From Eubacteriales bacterium (GTDB lineage: Bacteria; Bacillota; Clostridia; Oscillospirales; CAG-382), in the NCBI GenBank assembly GCA_045541355.1, contig JAZQIW010000116.1:1-60954 (forward strand): a stretch of 60,954 nt of DNA, read 5' to 3'. Positions 8,946-18,581 of the stretch are shown one piece after another. The translations under genes and the position numbers were made by a program. Below the pieces are notes generated by a model. It made no database searches. It worked only from the letters and a program-made list of their open reading frames with translations, and was not told the DNA's origin. Each line of letters begins with the position of its first letter. Within the stretch, counting starts at the first letter, position 1.

Positions 8946-9228
8946 GGATGGATACTTGTTACCCATCCTTTGTGCTTGTCGTAAAAAAACGATTCAAAAT
9001 TCTTTGCGTTGCTTTCTTCTAAGAAAGCGACCGGGTTTCCAAAGGCGAGAAGCCTTTGGTCGCTGTCCGCAGACAGCGAAACTTCCGTGCTTAACATGGC
9101 GCAGGAAAGGTGAATTTTTCGACCTTATGGGGCGAAAAAGAGGAAAACCCTCGCCGGGGGTTTTCCTGAAATGTGACAAATGTACTTTTTCAATAGGCAG
9201 AAGGATGGATACTTGTTACCCATCCTTT
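8946..9228. repeat. Hairpin-rich non-coding element bounded by an exact 26-bp direct repeat that is itself a terminator-like hairpin
   Basis: GGATGGATACTTGTTACCCATCCTTT at 8946-8971 and 9203-9228; internal hairpins at 9009-9030, 9039-9059, 9060-9079 and 9141-9167. Confidence 0.75.
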
Positions 9229-9234
9229 TTTGTA

Positions 9235-10176
9235 TCAAATATACTTTTCCGTGAATTCCGAAACCGTCTTAACGTAAGCTTCGTTGTCTACAAAATAGCA
9301 TAGACCGTGACCTGCTCCCTTTACGGTAAGCATTCTCTTTTCCGATGCACAAGCATCGAATATTTTCTTTCCCATTTCGTAGGGAACGTATCTGTCGTCG
9401 TCACCGTGTATTATGAGCACAGGAATGTTTGTTTTTTTGACAGCATCAACTGCTGTGCTGTCGGAAAGCCCGATTTTTAGGAACAGCCTTGCCGAAAGCT
9501 TGACTAAAGGCATGACAAGCACTGGAGGAAATCCCATCTTTCTCGCGACGTGCCTTATTATTTCCTCGGGAGAGGAATACGGACAGTCGGCAAGAATAGC
9601 AACAACATTTTTTGGTAAATCAAGCTCGCTTGCCATGAGCACCGTTGCTGCCCCCATGCTTATGCCCGAAAGAATAATCTTTGTATCGCTTCCGAAACGC
9701 TCTGATGCGTAGTTTACCCATGAAAGCACGTCATATCTTTCCTTGATGCCGAAGGTGATGGCATTTCCTTCGCTTTTCCCGTGGGAACGCTGGTCAACAA
9801 GAATGGTGCTTATGCCTCTTTTTCTGTTTATGGCACTTCCGCCGCAGTAGTCGCGTATTGCAGAGCCTCGGTAGCCGTGAAACTCAAGCTCAATAACACC
9901 CTTTACCGTATCTGCCGGATAGTATCTGCCGAAGAGAGAAAGATTGTCAAAGGACTTAATGTATATTTCCTCATACTCCTGCTTGTCAAGCTCGCCTATT
10001 AGCGACAGCATATTTTCGCGAACGGGATTAAACTGGTCGTTGTCGGGAATGCTTGTTGTAATATCGTCGTCTTTGTCGGGTGCGGAAAAGGTCATACCGA
10101 AAATAATCCTCAGTGCAATAAAAAATAAGACACTTACCAAGATTATAACAGACAGTATTATAATGACGTACTGCAT
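9235..10176 (-). CDS. Membrane-anchored alpha/beta hydrolase (YqkD-like)
   Basis: N-terminal TM, FHGY, nucleophile elbow GISMG, IIHGDDD, GAGHG. Confidence 0.88.
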   Translation of the reverse strand: MQYVIIILSVIILVSVLFFIALRIIFGMTFSAPDKDDDITTSIPDNDQFNPVRENMLSLIGELDKQEYEEIYIKSFDNLSLFGRYYPADTVKGVIELEFHGYRGSAIRDYCGGSAINRKRGISTILVDQRSHGKSEGNAITFGIKERYDVLSWVNYASERFGSDTKIILSGISMGAATVLMASELDLPKNVVAILADCPYSSPEEIIRHVARKMGFPPVLVMPLVKLSARLFLKIGLSDSTAVDAVKKTNIPVLIIHGDDDRYVPYEMGKKIFDACASEKRMLTVKGAGHGLCYFVDNEAYVKTVSEFTEKYI

Positions 10177-10184
10177 AAAACCTC

Positions 10185-10667
10185 CTAAATTGCCGTAAGG
10201 TCGGCTGTTTTGGCTCCTATCAGCTTAATGAGAGCCTGTGCCTCGAGCATGAGCTGACAACCTCTGACTCCTGCACTTACCGTGATTTTGTCCCATAAAA
10301 GTGCTGTTTCGTCTAAGTAGGTGGGATAGCTTTTTTTCATGCCGACGGGACTGCAGCCTCCGCGTATGTAGCCGGTATTTGCAAGCAGGTCCTTGACGGG
10401 TAAAAGCTCCACTCTCTTGTCGCCCGAGACCTTTGCACACTTCTTGAGGTCAAGCTCTGTGGCACAGGGTATGCAGAAAACCACAAGACCGTTTTTGTCG
10501 CCTTTCGCCACCAAGGTTTTGAAAACAATGTCGGGATTAAGCTTTGTTTTTTCTGCAATGTGAACTCCCGAAAGGTCGTTTTCGTCAACCTCATACAGAA
10601 TTGGCTCATATGGAATTTTTGCGCTGTCCAGAATGCGCATGGCGTTTGTCTTTGTCAATATTATCAC
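10185..10667 (-). CDS. ybaK: Cys-tRNA(Pro) deacylase YbaK/EbsC
   Basis: KTNAMRILD, VFKTLV, GYIRGGCSPVGMKK, SAGVRG; start may be TTG at 10658. Confidence 0.92.
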   Translation of the reverse strand: MIILTKTNAMRILDSAKIPYEPILYEVDENDLSGVHIAEKTKLNPDIVFKTLVAKGDKNGLVVFCIPCATELDLKKCAKVSGDKRVELLPVKDLLANTGYIRGGCSPVGMKKSYPTYLDETALLWDKITVSAGVRGCQLMLEAQALIKLIGAKTADLTAI

Positions 10668-10745
10668 CGTATCTTAAAGTTAATATAATTATATCCCGAA
10701 AAGCATAAATAAATATGATTTTTATTGTAAAAAATAATATACTAC

Positions 10746-10774
10746 TTGAAAAACATCTGTGTTTTGGTTATAAT
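10746..10774 (+). promoter_or_regulatory. SigA-type promoter of the hprK operon
   Basis: TTGAAA-N17-TATAAT. Confidence 0.7.
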
Positions 10775-10792
10775 ACTTTTGAGGTGAGCATT

Positions 10793-11731
10793 ATGGAAAA
10801 ATATACTATTCCTTTAAGGTCGGTTATACAGGAGCTTAAGCTTGAAGAAATTTATGTTCCTGATAATATTGAGGAAATATTGGTTGTCAAAAAGGAAGTA
10901 AACAGACCCGGACTTCCCTTTGCAGGCTTCTTTGACCATTTTGACCCCGACAGAATACAGATAATGGGTAAGGTCGAATACAGATATCTGCTTGGGCTTT
11001 CGGATGTCGATAGAAGGAACAGCCTTCTTCAATTCTTTTCTCATAAACCCACAGCCTTTGTAGTTTCGTCGGGAATGGATGTTTTTCCCGAGGTAATAGA
11101 GGCGGCAAGGCTTTACGGTGTTCCGGTGCTCAGAACCGGTGATACAACCTCAAATATTGTGGGAAGCCTCATAGCTTCGCTCAATGTCAGCCTTGCAGAG
11201 AGAATGACAAGACACGGCGTTTTTGTCGAATGCTACGGTGAAGGTATTCTGATTCTTGGCGATAGCGGAATAGGTAAGAGTGAAACGGCAATAGAGCTGG
11301 TAAAACGCGGTCATAGACTTATAGCCGATGATGCGGTGGAAATCAAGAAGGTTTCCGCAAAAACTCTTGTAGGTTCAGCACCTGAGCTTATACGCCATTA
11401 TGTAGAGCTTCGCGGTATAGGTATAGTTGATATAAGAAGAATTTTCGGTATGGGTGCTGTAAAGCTTACCGAAAAGATAGATATGGTAATTAACCTTGAA
11501 CCGTGGCAGCAGGGAAAGTTCTACGAAAGGGTAGGACTTGAGACTGAGTATATGAACATAATGGGAATTGACGTTCCTTCAACAACCATTCCCGTAAGAC
11601 CGGGACGAAACCTTGCGATTGTAATTGAAATTGCGGCAATGAATAACAGACAGAAAAAGATGGGCTATAATACCGCTGTCGAGTTTAATAAAAAGCTTAT
11701 GGGACAGCTTAGTGATGACAATAACAGATAG
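10793..11731 (+). CDS. hprK: HPr(Ser) kinase/phosphorylase
   Basis: VNRPGL, HGVFV, Walker A GDSGIGKSE, LIADD, ELRGIGI, PVRPGRNLA; RBS GAGGTG before ATG 10793. Confidence 0.97.
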   Translation: MEKYTIPLRSVIQELKLEEIYVPDNIEEILVVKKEVNRPGLPFAGFFDHFDPDRIQIMGKVEYRYLLGLSDVDRRNSLLQFFSHKPTAFVVSSGMDVFPEVIEAARLYGVPVLRTGDTTSNIVGSLIASLNVSLAERMTRHGVFVECYGEGILILGDSGIGKSETAIELVKRGHRLIADDAVEIKKVSAKTLVGSAPELIRHYVELRGIGIVDIRRIFGMGAVKLTEKIDMVINLEPWQQGKFYERVGLETEYMNIMGIDVPSTTIPVRPGRNLAIVIEIAAMNNRQKKMGYNTAVEFNKKLMGQLSDDNNR

Positions 11732-11742
11732 GGAAGAAAGAT

Positions 11743-13290
11743 ATGTTTAAAAATCTTAGTTTAAAAGAAAAAATATATCAGTTGATTGTTGTTGATAACC
11801 ATGCGATAGTAAGAGAAAACGGACCCGAGGAGTTTTTCAGAAAGTATCCCGTCGGCGGACTTTATTTTACAAAGGGTTATGTTCAGGATCTCGGTGCACT
11901 AATGGCAGAGGGTGCTCAGAGTAACGGGGATTTAATAAAAAAGTGCAGAAGCTACTCCAAAACACCCCTTTTGATTTGCGCGGATGATGCTTTGATAGGC
12001 GGCGATGATTTGAATATGAGCCTTTCGGGTGCTGCGGCGTGTGAGGACGACAGCGTTTATTTTGAATACGGAAAAATGCGCGGCATAGAAATGAATTACC
12101 ACGATATTGACTGGATTCTCCAGCCCTGCATCGACTTGGATTTTGTAAGACATGATCATACCTCGCGTATGGTTACGGATGACCCGGAGTTTTGTGCAAG
12201 ATTCTTCTCGCAGATAGTAAAGGGAATTCAATCAAGAGGCGTTATCGCGACGGCAAAGCATTTTCCGGGACAAGGCACATATAATGTGAATTTCCATTAT
12301 GCACCCGGTAGAAATACCCTTGATTTTGATACATGGATGAAGACCTACGGCTACACATATAAAGAAATGTTCAAGGCAGGATGTCAGTGCGTAATGACAA
12401 GCCATATAGTATTCCCCGATTATTGCTACGAGTCGGAGGACGGCTATCCTCCTGTTTGTACCTTCTCAAAAAAATTAACAATCGGGCTTTTGAAAGAAAC
12501 GCTCGGCTTTGAGGGTGCAGTTGTGACAGATGCTCTTACCATGGGCGGTATGAGCTGCGGAAATACTGCAAGAGAATCGGCACAGGCATTTAAGTGCGGA
12601 GCAGACCTGCTTCTTTGGGCGCCGATTGAAACGGCAGATATTATTGAGGAAATGATACTTTCGGGCGAAATACCGATGAGCCGTCTTGATGATGCACTCA
12701 GTAGAATTGAAAGAATGCGAAGCTTTGTAAGGGAGAATAAAAAGGAATGTCCCGAAAATGCAAAAGAGCTTGTGGATTCGTTTGCCAAAAAGACCTTTGA
12801 ACTCGGTCCTGAGCTTATAAAGAACAGAAATGAAGCACTGCCTCTCACAAAGCAAGATAAAATCCTTGTTATAGGAAACGGCTATCCGCAGGGTAAGCTT
12901 GATGAAATAAAGGTGTTTTCGGATATTCTTTGTGACAGAGGATATGATGTAACCTTCCGTGAATATCTTCTCACCTGCTATCAGGATGAAATAGATGAAA
13001 TAATAAAGGGCTACGATAAGATAATAATTGTACTTAATCATCCAATGCCTGTTATTGAATCAAACTATTCCTCCACCACATGGGCATCACACCTTGTTGA
13101 TAAATCGAGAAAAATAATCGTAAATTTCTCAAACCCCTTCCTTGCCGAAGATTTTTATCCCGATGAGCCGTGTGTGGTAAATACAAACGTAAAACTGTCA
13201 AAGTCGTCGGCAGAGGCGGTTGTTGACAGGCTTTTGGGAGAAAAAGCTTTTTCAGGAAAAGCTCATATAACAATGAAATATTTAAGATAG
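11743..13290 (+). CDS. Glycoside hydrolase family 3 (beta-N-acetylhexosaminidase/phosphorylase-like), no signal peptide
   Basis: AKHFPGQG, MTSHI, LGFEGAVVTDAL (nucleophile Asp), GEIPMSRLDDALSRI. Confidence 0.85.
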   Translation: MFKNLSLKEKIYQLIVVDNHAIVRENGPEEFFRKYPVGGLYFTKGYVQDLGALMAEGAQSNGDLIKKCRSYSKTPLLICADDALIGGDDLNMSLSGAAACEDDSVYFEYGKMRGIEMNYHDIDWILQPCIDLDFVRHDHTSRMVTDDPEFCARFFSQIVKGIQSRGVIATAKHFPGQGTYNVNFHYAPGRNTLDFDTWMKTYGYTYKEMFKAGCQCVMTSHIVFPDYCYESEDGYPPVCTFSKKLTIGLLKETLGFEGAVVTDALTMGGMSCGNTARESAQAFKCGADLLLWAPIETADIIEEMILSGEIPMSRLDDALSRIERMRSFVRENKKECPENAKELVDSFAKKTFELGPELIKNRNEALPLTKQDKILVIGNGYPQGKLDEIKVFSDILCDRGYDVTFREYLLTCYQDEIDEIIKGYDKIIIVLNHPMPVIESNYSSTTWASHLVDKSRKIIVNFSNPFLAEDFYPDEPCVVNTNVKLSKSSAEAVVDRLLGEKAFSGKAHITMKYLR

Positions 13291-13301
13291 GAGAAAATGA
13301 A

Positions 13302-14258
13302 ATGTATAGTTTTGGAATTGACCTCGGAGGTACAAATATTGCTGTAGGTATCGTAGATACAGAAACGGGAAAAATACTCAGAAAGGGCAGCGTTCCCACA
13401 CTTGCAAAACGTCATGCCGATGAAGTTATAAAGGACATGGCGGCACTTTGTAAGAAGCTTGCAGAGGAGCATGGAATAACTGTCGGTGATGTGGCATACG
13501 CAGGAATTGCCGCGCCCGGTACAATTGATAATGCTACGGGTACTGTAATTTATTCAAATAATATCAGAATGGATAACTATCCTATTGCCGCAAGACTTCG
13601 TGAGTACCTCGGAATTGATACCGTTTATTGCGAAAACGATGCAAATGCTGCCGCCTACGGCGAGGCGGCATACGGTGCATCCAAGGGCACTAAAAGCTCT
13701 GTAATGATTACCCTCGGAACAGGTCTTGGCGGCGGTGTAATAGCTGACGGAAAGCTTGTTACGGGTATTAATGCTGCAGGAAGTGAGCTTGGTCATACAG
13801 TAATTTCTGTCGGTGGACTTCAGTGTACCTGCGGCAGACGCGGCTGCTGGGAGGCATATTCCTCGGCAACAGGCCTTATCAATATGACAAAGCGTAAGCT
13901 TGAAAAGGTTTCAAAAGACGAAACGGTTATGTGGGAAATGATTGAAAATGAGGGCAAGGTAAGCGGAAGAACCGCCTTTAATGCCATGAAAAACGGCGAC
14001 AAAATCGGTAAAGAGGTTGTTGATGAATACCTTCTCTTCCTTGCAGAGGGCATAACAAATATGGTAAACATCTTCCAGCCCGAGGTTGTGGTAATCGGCG
14101 GCGGCGTTTGTAATGAAAAGGAACACCTTGTCGAGCCCCTTAAAAAGATGGTTGATGATGCTCAATACTATAAGGGCGAAGGTCCTCGGACAATAATAAA
14201 GGTTGCAGAGCTTGGTAATGATGCAGGCATCATAGGAGCAGCAATGTTGGGCTTCTGA
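13302..14258 (+). CDS. ROK-family sugar kinase (glucokinase-like)
   Basis: GIDLGGT, ENDANAAA, TLGTGLGGG, ELGH...CTCGRRGCWE, LGNDAGIIGAA. Confidence 0.93.
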   Translation: MYSFGIDLGGTNIAVGIVDTETGKILRKGSVPTLAKRHADEVIKDMAALCKKLAEEHGITVGDVAYAGIAAPGTIDNATGTVIYSNNIRMDNYPIAARLREYLGIDTVYCENDANAAAYGEAAYGASKGTKSSVMITLGTGLGGGVIADGKLVTGINAAGSELGHTVISVGGLQCTCGRRGCWEAYSSATGLINMTKRKLEKVSKDETVMWEMIENEGKVSGRTAFNAMKNGDKIGKEVVDEYLLFLAEGITNMVNIFQPEVVVIGGGVCNEKEHLVEPLKKMVDDAQYYKGEGPRTIIKVAELGNDAGIIGAAMLGF

Positions 14259-14281
14259 TAATCAAAACTTGCATTTTTCTG

Positions 14282-14317
14282 ACGGCAAATCCTCTAAAAG
14301 TTGGGGTTTGCCGTTTT
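14282..14317 (+). terminator. Terminator of the hprK-GH3-ROK operon
   Basis: ACGGCAAATCC...GGGTTTGCCGT followed by TTT. Confidence 0.7.
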
Positions 14318-14376
14318 GATTTGCATTTTTACCCTCCGAATTATGCAAAAATATTGTAAACAAATGTTGAACTCTA

Positions 14377-14405
14377 TTGCCAATCCAATAAGAGTGCTGT
14401 ATAAT
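14377..14405 (+). promoter_or_regulatory. SigA-type promoter of the aminotransferase gene
   Basis: TTGCCA-N17-TATAAT. Confidence 0.7.
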
Positions 14406-14460
14406 ACTAAGGAATGTGAAATTGATGATATTGTTTGTGCATCGAAAGGAATGTAAGACG

Positions 14461-15741
14461 ATGAATTATTGTTCTATGACAAGAGCTGAACTTGAAAACG
14501 AAAAACAGCTTTTGCAAAATGAGTATAATGAATATGCAAAACAGAAGCTTAATATCAATATGACAAGGGGAAAACCCTGTACAGAACAGCTTGATATTAC
14601 AGAGGGAATGCTTGGCGTGATGTCAAAGAACGAGGATTGCTTTACGGACAAAGGCTTTGACTGCAGAAATTACGGACTTGTAGACGGCATTGACGATGCA
14701 AAGAAGATGTTTTCTCCCATTATAGGAGTACCTTGCGAACAGATAATAATAGGTGGAAACTCCAGCCTTAACCTTATGTATGATGCCATGGCAAGATGTA
14801 TGCTTTACGGCGTTGCAGGAGGAAACGGTGCATGGGTAAAGCAGGGAAAGGTAAAGTTTTTGTGTCCCGTTCCCGGCTATGACAGACACTTTGCAATTTG
14901 TGAGTCATTGGGTATTGAAATGGTGAATGTTCCTCTTCTTGCAGACGGACCCGATATGGACATTGTTGAGGAGCTTATAAAGGATGAGGCCGTAAAGGGA
15001 ATATGGTGTGTTCCCAAGTACTCAAACCCGACAGGAACAAGTTATAGCGAAAAGACGGTTAAGAGACTTGCATCAATGAAGCCGGCATCAAAGGATTTCA
15101 GAATATTCTGGGATAACGCATATGCAGTTCATGACCTGTATGAAAACGAAAAGGATGAGCTTGTGGACATTCTTCCCGAATGTGAAAAGGCGAATAACCC
15201 CAATCTTGTTTATATTTTTGCATCCACAAGTAAAATATCCTTCCCCGGAAGCGGTGTCAGCTGCATAGGTGCATCGAAGGAGAATATCGACCATATTAAG
15301 AGTATCATGCAGATGCAGACAATCGGCCATGATAAAATGAATATGTTAAGACACGTCAAGTTCTTCAAGAACGCCGAGGGAATTAAGGAGTTTATGAAGA
15401 AGCACGCGGATATTTTAAGACCTAAATTTGAACTGTGTGACAGGATGCTCTGCGAAAACCTGAAGGAATACGGCATTGCAAGCTGGACAAAGCCTCTCGG
15501 CGGCTATTTTATAAGCCTTGATGTTCCCGAGGGCTGTGCAAAGAGAACGGTATCTCTTGCTGCACAAGCAGGGGTGGTTCTGACAGAAGCAGGTGCAACC
15601 TTCCCTTACCATAAAGACCCTAAGGACAGTAATATGAGAATTGCGCCCAGCTTTCCTCCGCTTTGCGAGCTGGAAAAGGGCATGGAGGTTCTGTGCGTTT
15701 GCGTAAGACTTGCATCTGTTGAAAGAATGTTAGCTGAATAA
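14461..15741 (+). CDS. PLP-dependent class I/II aminotransferase (Rv3722c/C. glutamicum AspT-type aspartate aminotransferase family)
   Basis: NMTRGKP, CPVPGYDRHF, WCVPKYSNPTG, WDNAY, PLP lysine in ASTSKISF, RIAPSF; RBS GAAAGGA before ATG 14461. Confidence 0.88.
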   Translation: MNYCSMTRAELENEKQLLQNEYNEYAKQKLNINMTRGKPCTEQLDITEGMLGVMSKNEDCFTDKGFDCRNYGLVDGIDDAKKMFSPIIGVPCEQIIIGGNSSLNLMYDAMARCMLYGVAGGNGAWVKQGKVKFLCPVPGYDRHFAICESLGIEMVNVPLLADGPDMDIVEELIKDEAVKGIWCVPKYSNPTGTSYSEKTVKRLASMKPASKDFRIFWDNAYAVHDLYENEKDELVDILPECEKANNPNLVYIFASTSKISFPGSGVSCIGASKENIDHIKSIMQMQTIGHDKMNMLRHVKFFKNAEGIKEFMKKHADILRPKFELCDRMLCENLKEYGIASWTKPLGGYFISLDVPEGCAKRTVSLAAQAGVVLTEAGATFPYHKDPKDSNMRIAPSFPPLCELEKGMEVLCVCVRLASVERMLAE

Positions 15742-15803
15742 TTATTAAATTTGGGGCGGTGCTTTGCGGTAACCGCCCTTAGCTTTGGAAAAAAGGTGAT
15801 AAT

Positions 15804-16457
15804 ATGACAAAGAAAGAGCTTGTAAAACGCTATGTGCTGTTTGTAATAAGTCTGTTTTTTATCGGGCTTGGGGTAGCATTTACAAAGCACGCAGAGCTTG
15901 GCGTTTCGCCAATATCGTCGGTTGCAAATGTTGTAAGCATAAAGTTTACATTCCTTTCCTTCGGAACGTGGCTGACAATGTCAAATCTCCTTATGCTTGC
16001 GGGACAGGTTTTACTTTTAAGAAGGAATTTTAAACCCATACAGCTTTTGCAAATCCCGCTTTCGTTTTTGTTTGGTTACTTTACGGATTTCGGTCTTTGG
16101 CTTGTTGGTGTTTTTCCAAATGAGGCATATGCTGCAAGACTTGTTCTTGTGTTTGTGGGAATAGCGGTGCTGGGCTTTGGAATTGCCCTTGGGGTGATTG
16201 CCGATGTTCTTCTTAATTCGGGTGAGGCGTTTGTCAAGGCACTGTCGGATGTTGCGGGAAAGGATTTCGGCAATACAAAGATATTCTTTGACGTATCGTG
16301 GGTGGCACTTTCTGTTGTACTGTCGCTTTTGTTTTTTGACGGCAAGCTTGTCGGAACGCGAGAGGGAACGGTCATTTCGGCTGTGCTTGTGGGAGTGAGT
16401 GTCAAAATATTCCGAAGATTATTTCAAAAACCGCTGATAAAGCTTGTAACAAAATAA
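15804..16457 (+). CDS. YczE/YitT-like integral membrane protein
   Basis: LGVSPISSV, several TM helices, GTREGTVISAVLVG. Confidence 0.8.
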   Translation: MTKKELVKRYVLFVISLFFIGLGVAFTKHAELGVSPISSVANVVSIKFTFLSFGTWLTMSNLLMLAGQVLLLRRNFKPIQLLQIPLSFLFGYFTDFGLWLVGVFPNEAYAARLVLVFVGIAVLGFGIALGVIADVLLNSGEAFVKALSDVAGKDFGNTKIFFDVSWVALSVVLSLLFFDGKLVGTREGTVISAVLVGVSVKIFRRLFQKPLIKLVTK

Positions 16458-16461
16458 TATG

Positions 16462-16491
16462 AAAAACGGCAGTCCGTTCGGACTGCCGTTT
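16462..16491. terminator. Bidirectional terminator between the YczE-like gene and ftsH
   Basis: AAACGGCAGTCCG-TT-CGGACTGCCGTTT. Confidence 0.85.
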
Positions 16492-16496
16492 GTGTT

Positions 16497-18554
16497 TTAC
16501 TTGTTGTCCTCGCCCGAGGATGAATCTACGTCGTCATCCTTTTTCTTGGCGGTAAATTTCTGAGTAACGGATTCTTGATTGTCGGCATCGTTGGGGCTTT
16601 CTGCCTCATTCTGTGCCTTTTCCTGCTCCTGCTTGCTTTCTTTTTCTTTAAGCTCCTTCTGAGCCAAGTTCTCGCTTTCGCTCTTCTTGCTCTTTGCCTC
16701 TGCAATAGCTTCAACAGCTGCCGCATCAGGCTCCTTTGTGTCCATAATGTAAGCGAACTGTTCTTCGTCCATTATCTCGTGATTTACAAGATACTCTGCC
16801 GTAAAGTCAAGCTTGTCGCGATTGGCTTCAAGTATTTCAAGAGCCTTTTTGTAAGCTCTGTCAATGATGAAATGAACCTCGCTGTCAATGTCAGCTGCAA
16901 CCTTTTCGGAGAAATCTCTTGTCGAGCCAAAGTCTCTGCCGAGGAATACCTCCTCATGACCTGTGCCGTATACAATGGGACCGAGCTTTTCACTCATGCC
17001 GTATTTTGTTACCATGCCGCGTGCAAGCTTTGTCGCTCTTTCAATGTCGTTGGAGGCACCGGTTGTTATGTCGTCGTTGCCGTAAATTATAGCCTCGGCA
17101 ACACGACCGCCGAGAAGCCCCACTATTTCCTCTTCCATTCCGCGCTTCGTCATTGAAACCTTGTCCTCGGTGGGAAGCGATAAGGTGTAGCCGAGTGCAC
17201 GGCCTGCGGGGATAATGGATATCTGATGAACATTGTCAAGAGTTTCAAGAAGCTGGTGAATGATTGCATGACCTGCTTCGTGGTAAGCTGTGTTTCTCTT
17301 TTCCTTGTCGGAAATGATGCGTGATTTCTTCTTGGGGCCGACAATCACCTTGATTGTAGCATCCTCAAGCTCGGACATACCTATAAGATGCTTGCCTCGT
17401 CTTGCCGCAAGAAGCGCCGCTTCGTTGAGGAGGTTTGCAAGGTCAGCACCCGTAAAGCCTGCGGTTGTCTTGGCAAGGGTTTTGAGGTCAACTTCCTTTT
17501 CAAAGGGCTTGTTTCTTGCATGAACCTTGAGAATTTCTTCTCGTCCCTTGATGTCGGGATAGTTTACCGTAATCTGTCTGTCGAAACGGCCGGGACGAAG
17601 AAGTGCGGGGTCGAGAATGTCAGGTCTGTTTGTTGCCGCCATTACAATGACACCGTCGCTGTTGCCAAAGCCGTCCATTTCAACCAGAAGCTGGTTGAGA
17701 GTCTGCTCACGCTCATCGTGTCCGCCGCCGAGACCTGCACCTCTGTGACGGCCCACGGCATCTATTTCATCAATAAAGATGATGGCATTTTGGTTTTTCT
17801 TGGCTGTTTCAAAGAGGTCTCTTACACGTGAAGCACCGACACCCACATACATTTCAACAAAATCCGAACCCGAAATTGAGTAGAAGGGAACGTTTGCTTC
17901 GCCTGCAACTGCCTTTGCGAGAAGAGTTTTACCTGTACCGGGAGGGCCGACAAGAAGAACGCCTCTTGGAATCTTTGCGCCAAGCTTTGTGAACTTTGCG
18001 GGGTTTTTGAGAAATTCAACAACCTCTTCAAGCTCTTCCTTTTCTTCGTCAGCACCTGCAACGTCAGAGAAGAGAACCTTGCTCTTTTCGTTTGTGCCGA
18101 GCTTTGCGCGGCTTCTGCCAAAGGAGTTGATTTTTCCGCCCTTGCCGCCCGCAGCTTGATTCATAATGTAAACCCAGAGGATTATAAACACTACGATAAT
18201 GACAATGTAGGGAAGGAAGCTTACCCACCAGGGAAGCTCAGTAAACTCCTCATAGGTGAACTCCGTGATGATGCCTTTTTCCTTCTGCGTGAGAATAAGC
18301 TCCTTTAAGTCTCTCTCAAATAAATCAAGACTTCTGAGCTTAAAGGTGATTGTGCTGTTGTCCTTTGTCTCTATAATCAGGGTGTTGTCCTGCTTTACGA
18401 TAAAGGAGTCAACCTTTTCCTCGTGGAATAAATCTACGATTTCGCTGTAAAGCATGGGCTTATCGCTCTGGCTGTCCATAAGTGTTGTTGTGGCAAAAAG
18501 AATTGCCAATATCAGCACAATGTAGAGAATAATTGTTTTTGCGTTGTGTTTCAT
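16497..18554 (-). CDS. ftsH: ATP-dependent zinc metalloprotease FtsH
   Basis: Two TMs, [43 protein letters not shown]. Confidence 0.98.
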   Translation of the reverse strand: MKHNAKTIILYIVLILAILFATTTLMDSQSDKPMLYSEIVDLFHEEKVDSFIVKQDNTLIIETKDNSTITFKLRSLDLFERDLKELILTQKEKGIITEFTYEEFTELPWWVSFLPYIVIIVVFIILWVYIMNQAAGGKGGKINSFGRSRAKLGTNEKSKVLFSDVAGADEEKEELEEVVEFLKNPAKFTKLGAKIPRGVLLVGPPGTGKTLLAKAVAGEANVPFYSISGSDFVEMYVGVGASRVRDLFETAKKNQNAIIFIDEIDAVGRHRGAGLGGGHDEREQTLNQLLVEMDGFGNSDGVIVMAATNRPDILDPALLRPGRFDRQITVNYPDIKGREEILKVHARNKPFEKEVDLKTLAKTTAGFTGADLANLLNEAALLAARRGKHLIGMSELEDATIKVIVGPKKKSRIISDKEKRNTAYHEAGHAIIHQLLETLDNVHQISIIPAGRALGYTLSLPTEDKVSMTKRGMEEEIVGLLGGRVAEAIIYGNDDITTGASNDIERATKLARGMVTKYGMSEKLGPIVYGTGHEEVFLGRDFGSTRDFSEKVAADIDSEVHFIIDRAYKKALEILEANRDKLDFTAEYLVNHEIMDEEQFAYIMDTKEPDAAAVEAIAEAKSKKSESENLAQKELKEKESKQEQEKAQNEAESPNDADNQESVTQKFTAKKKDDDVDSSSGEDNK

Positions 18555-18581
18555 TGAATTAACATCACTCCTTGATGAATG

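Noticed and set aside
8926-9303. 125-aa ORF and the short reverse ORFs across the hairpin element
   Set aside because: No RBS, overlaps both flanking genes, and runs through terminator hairpins.
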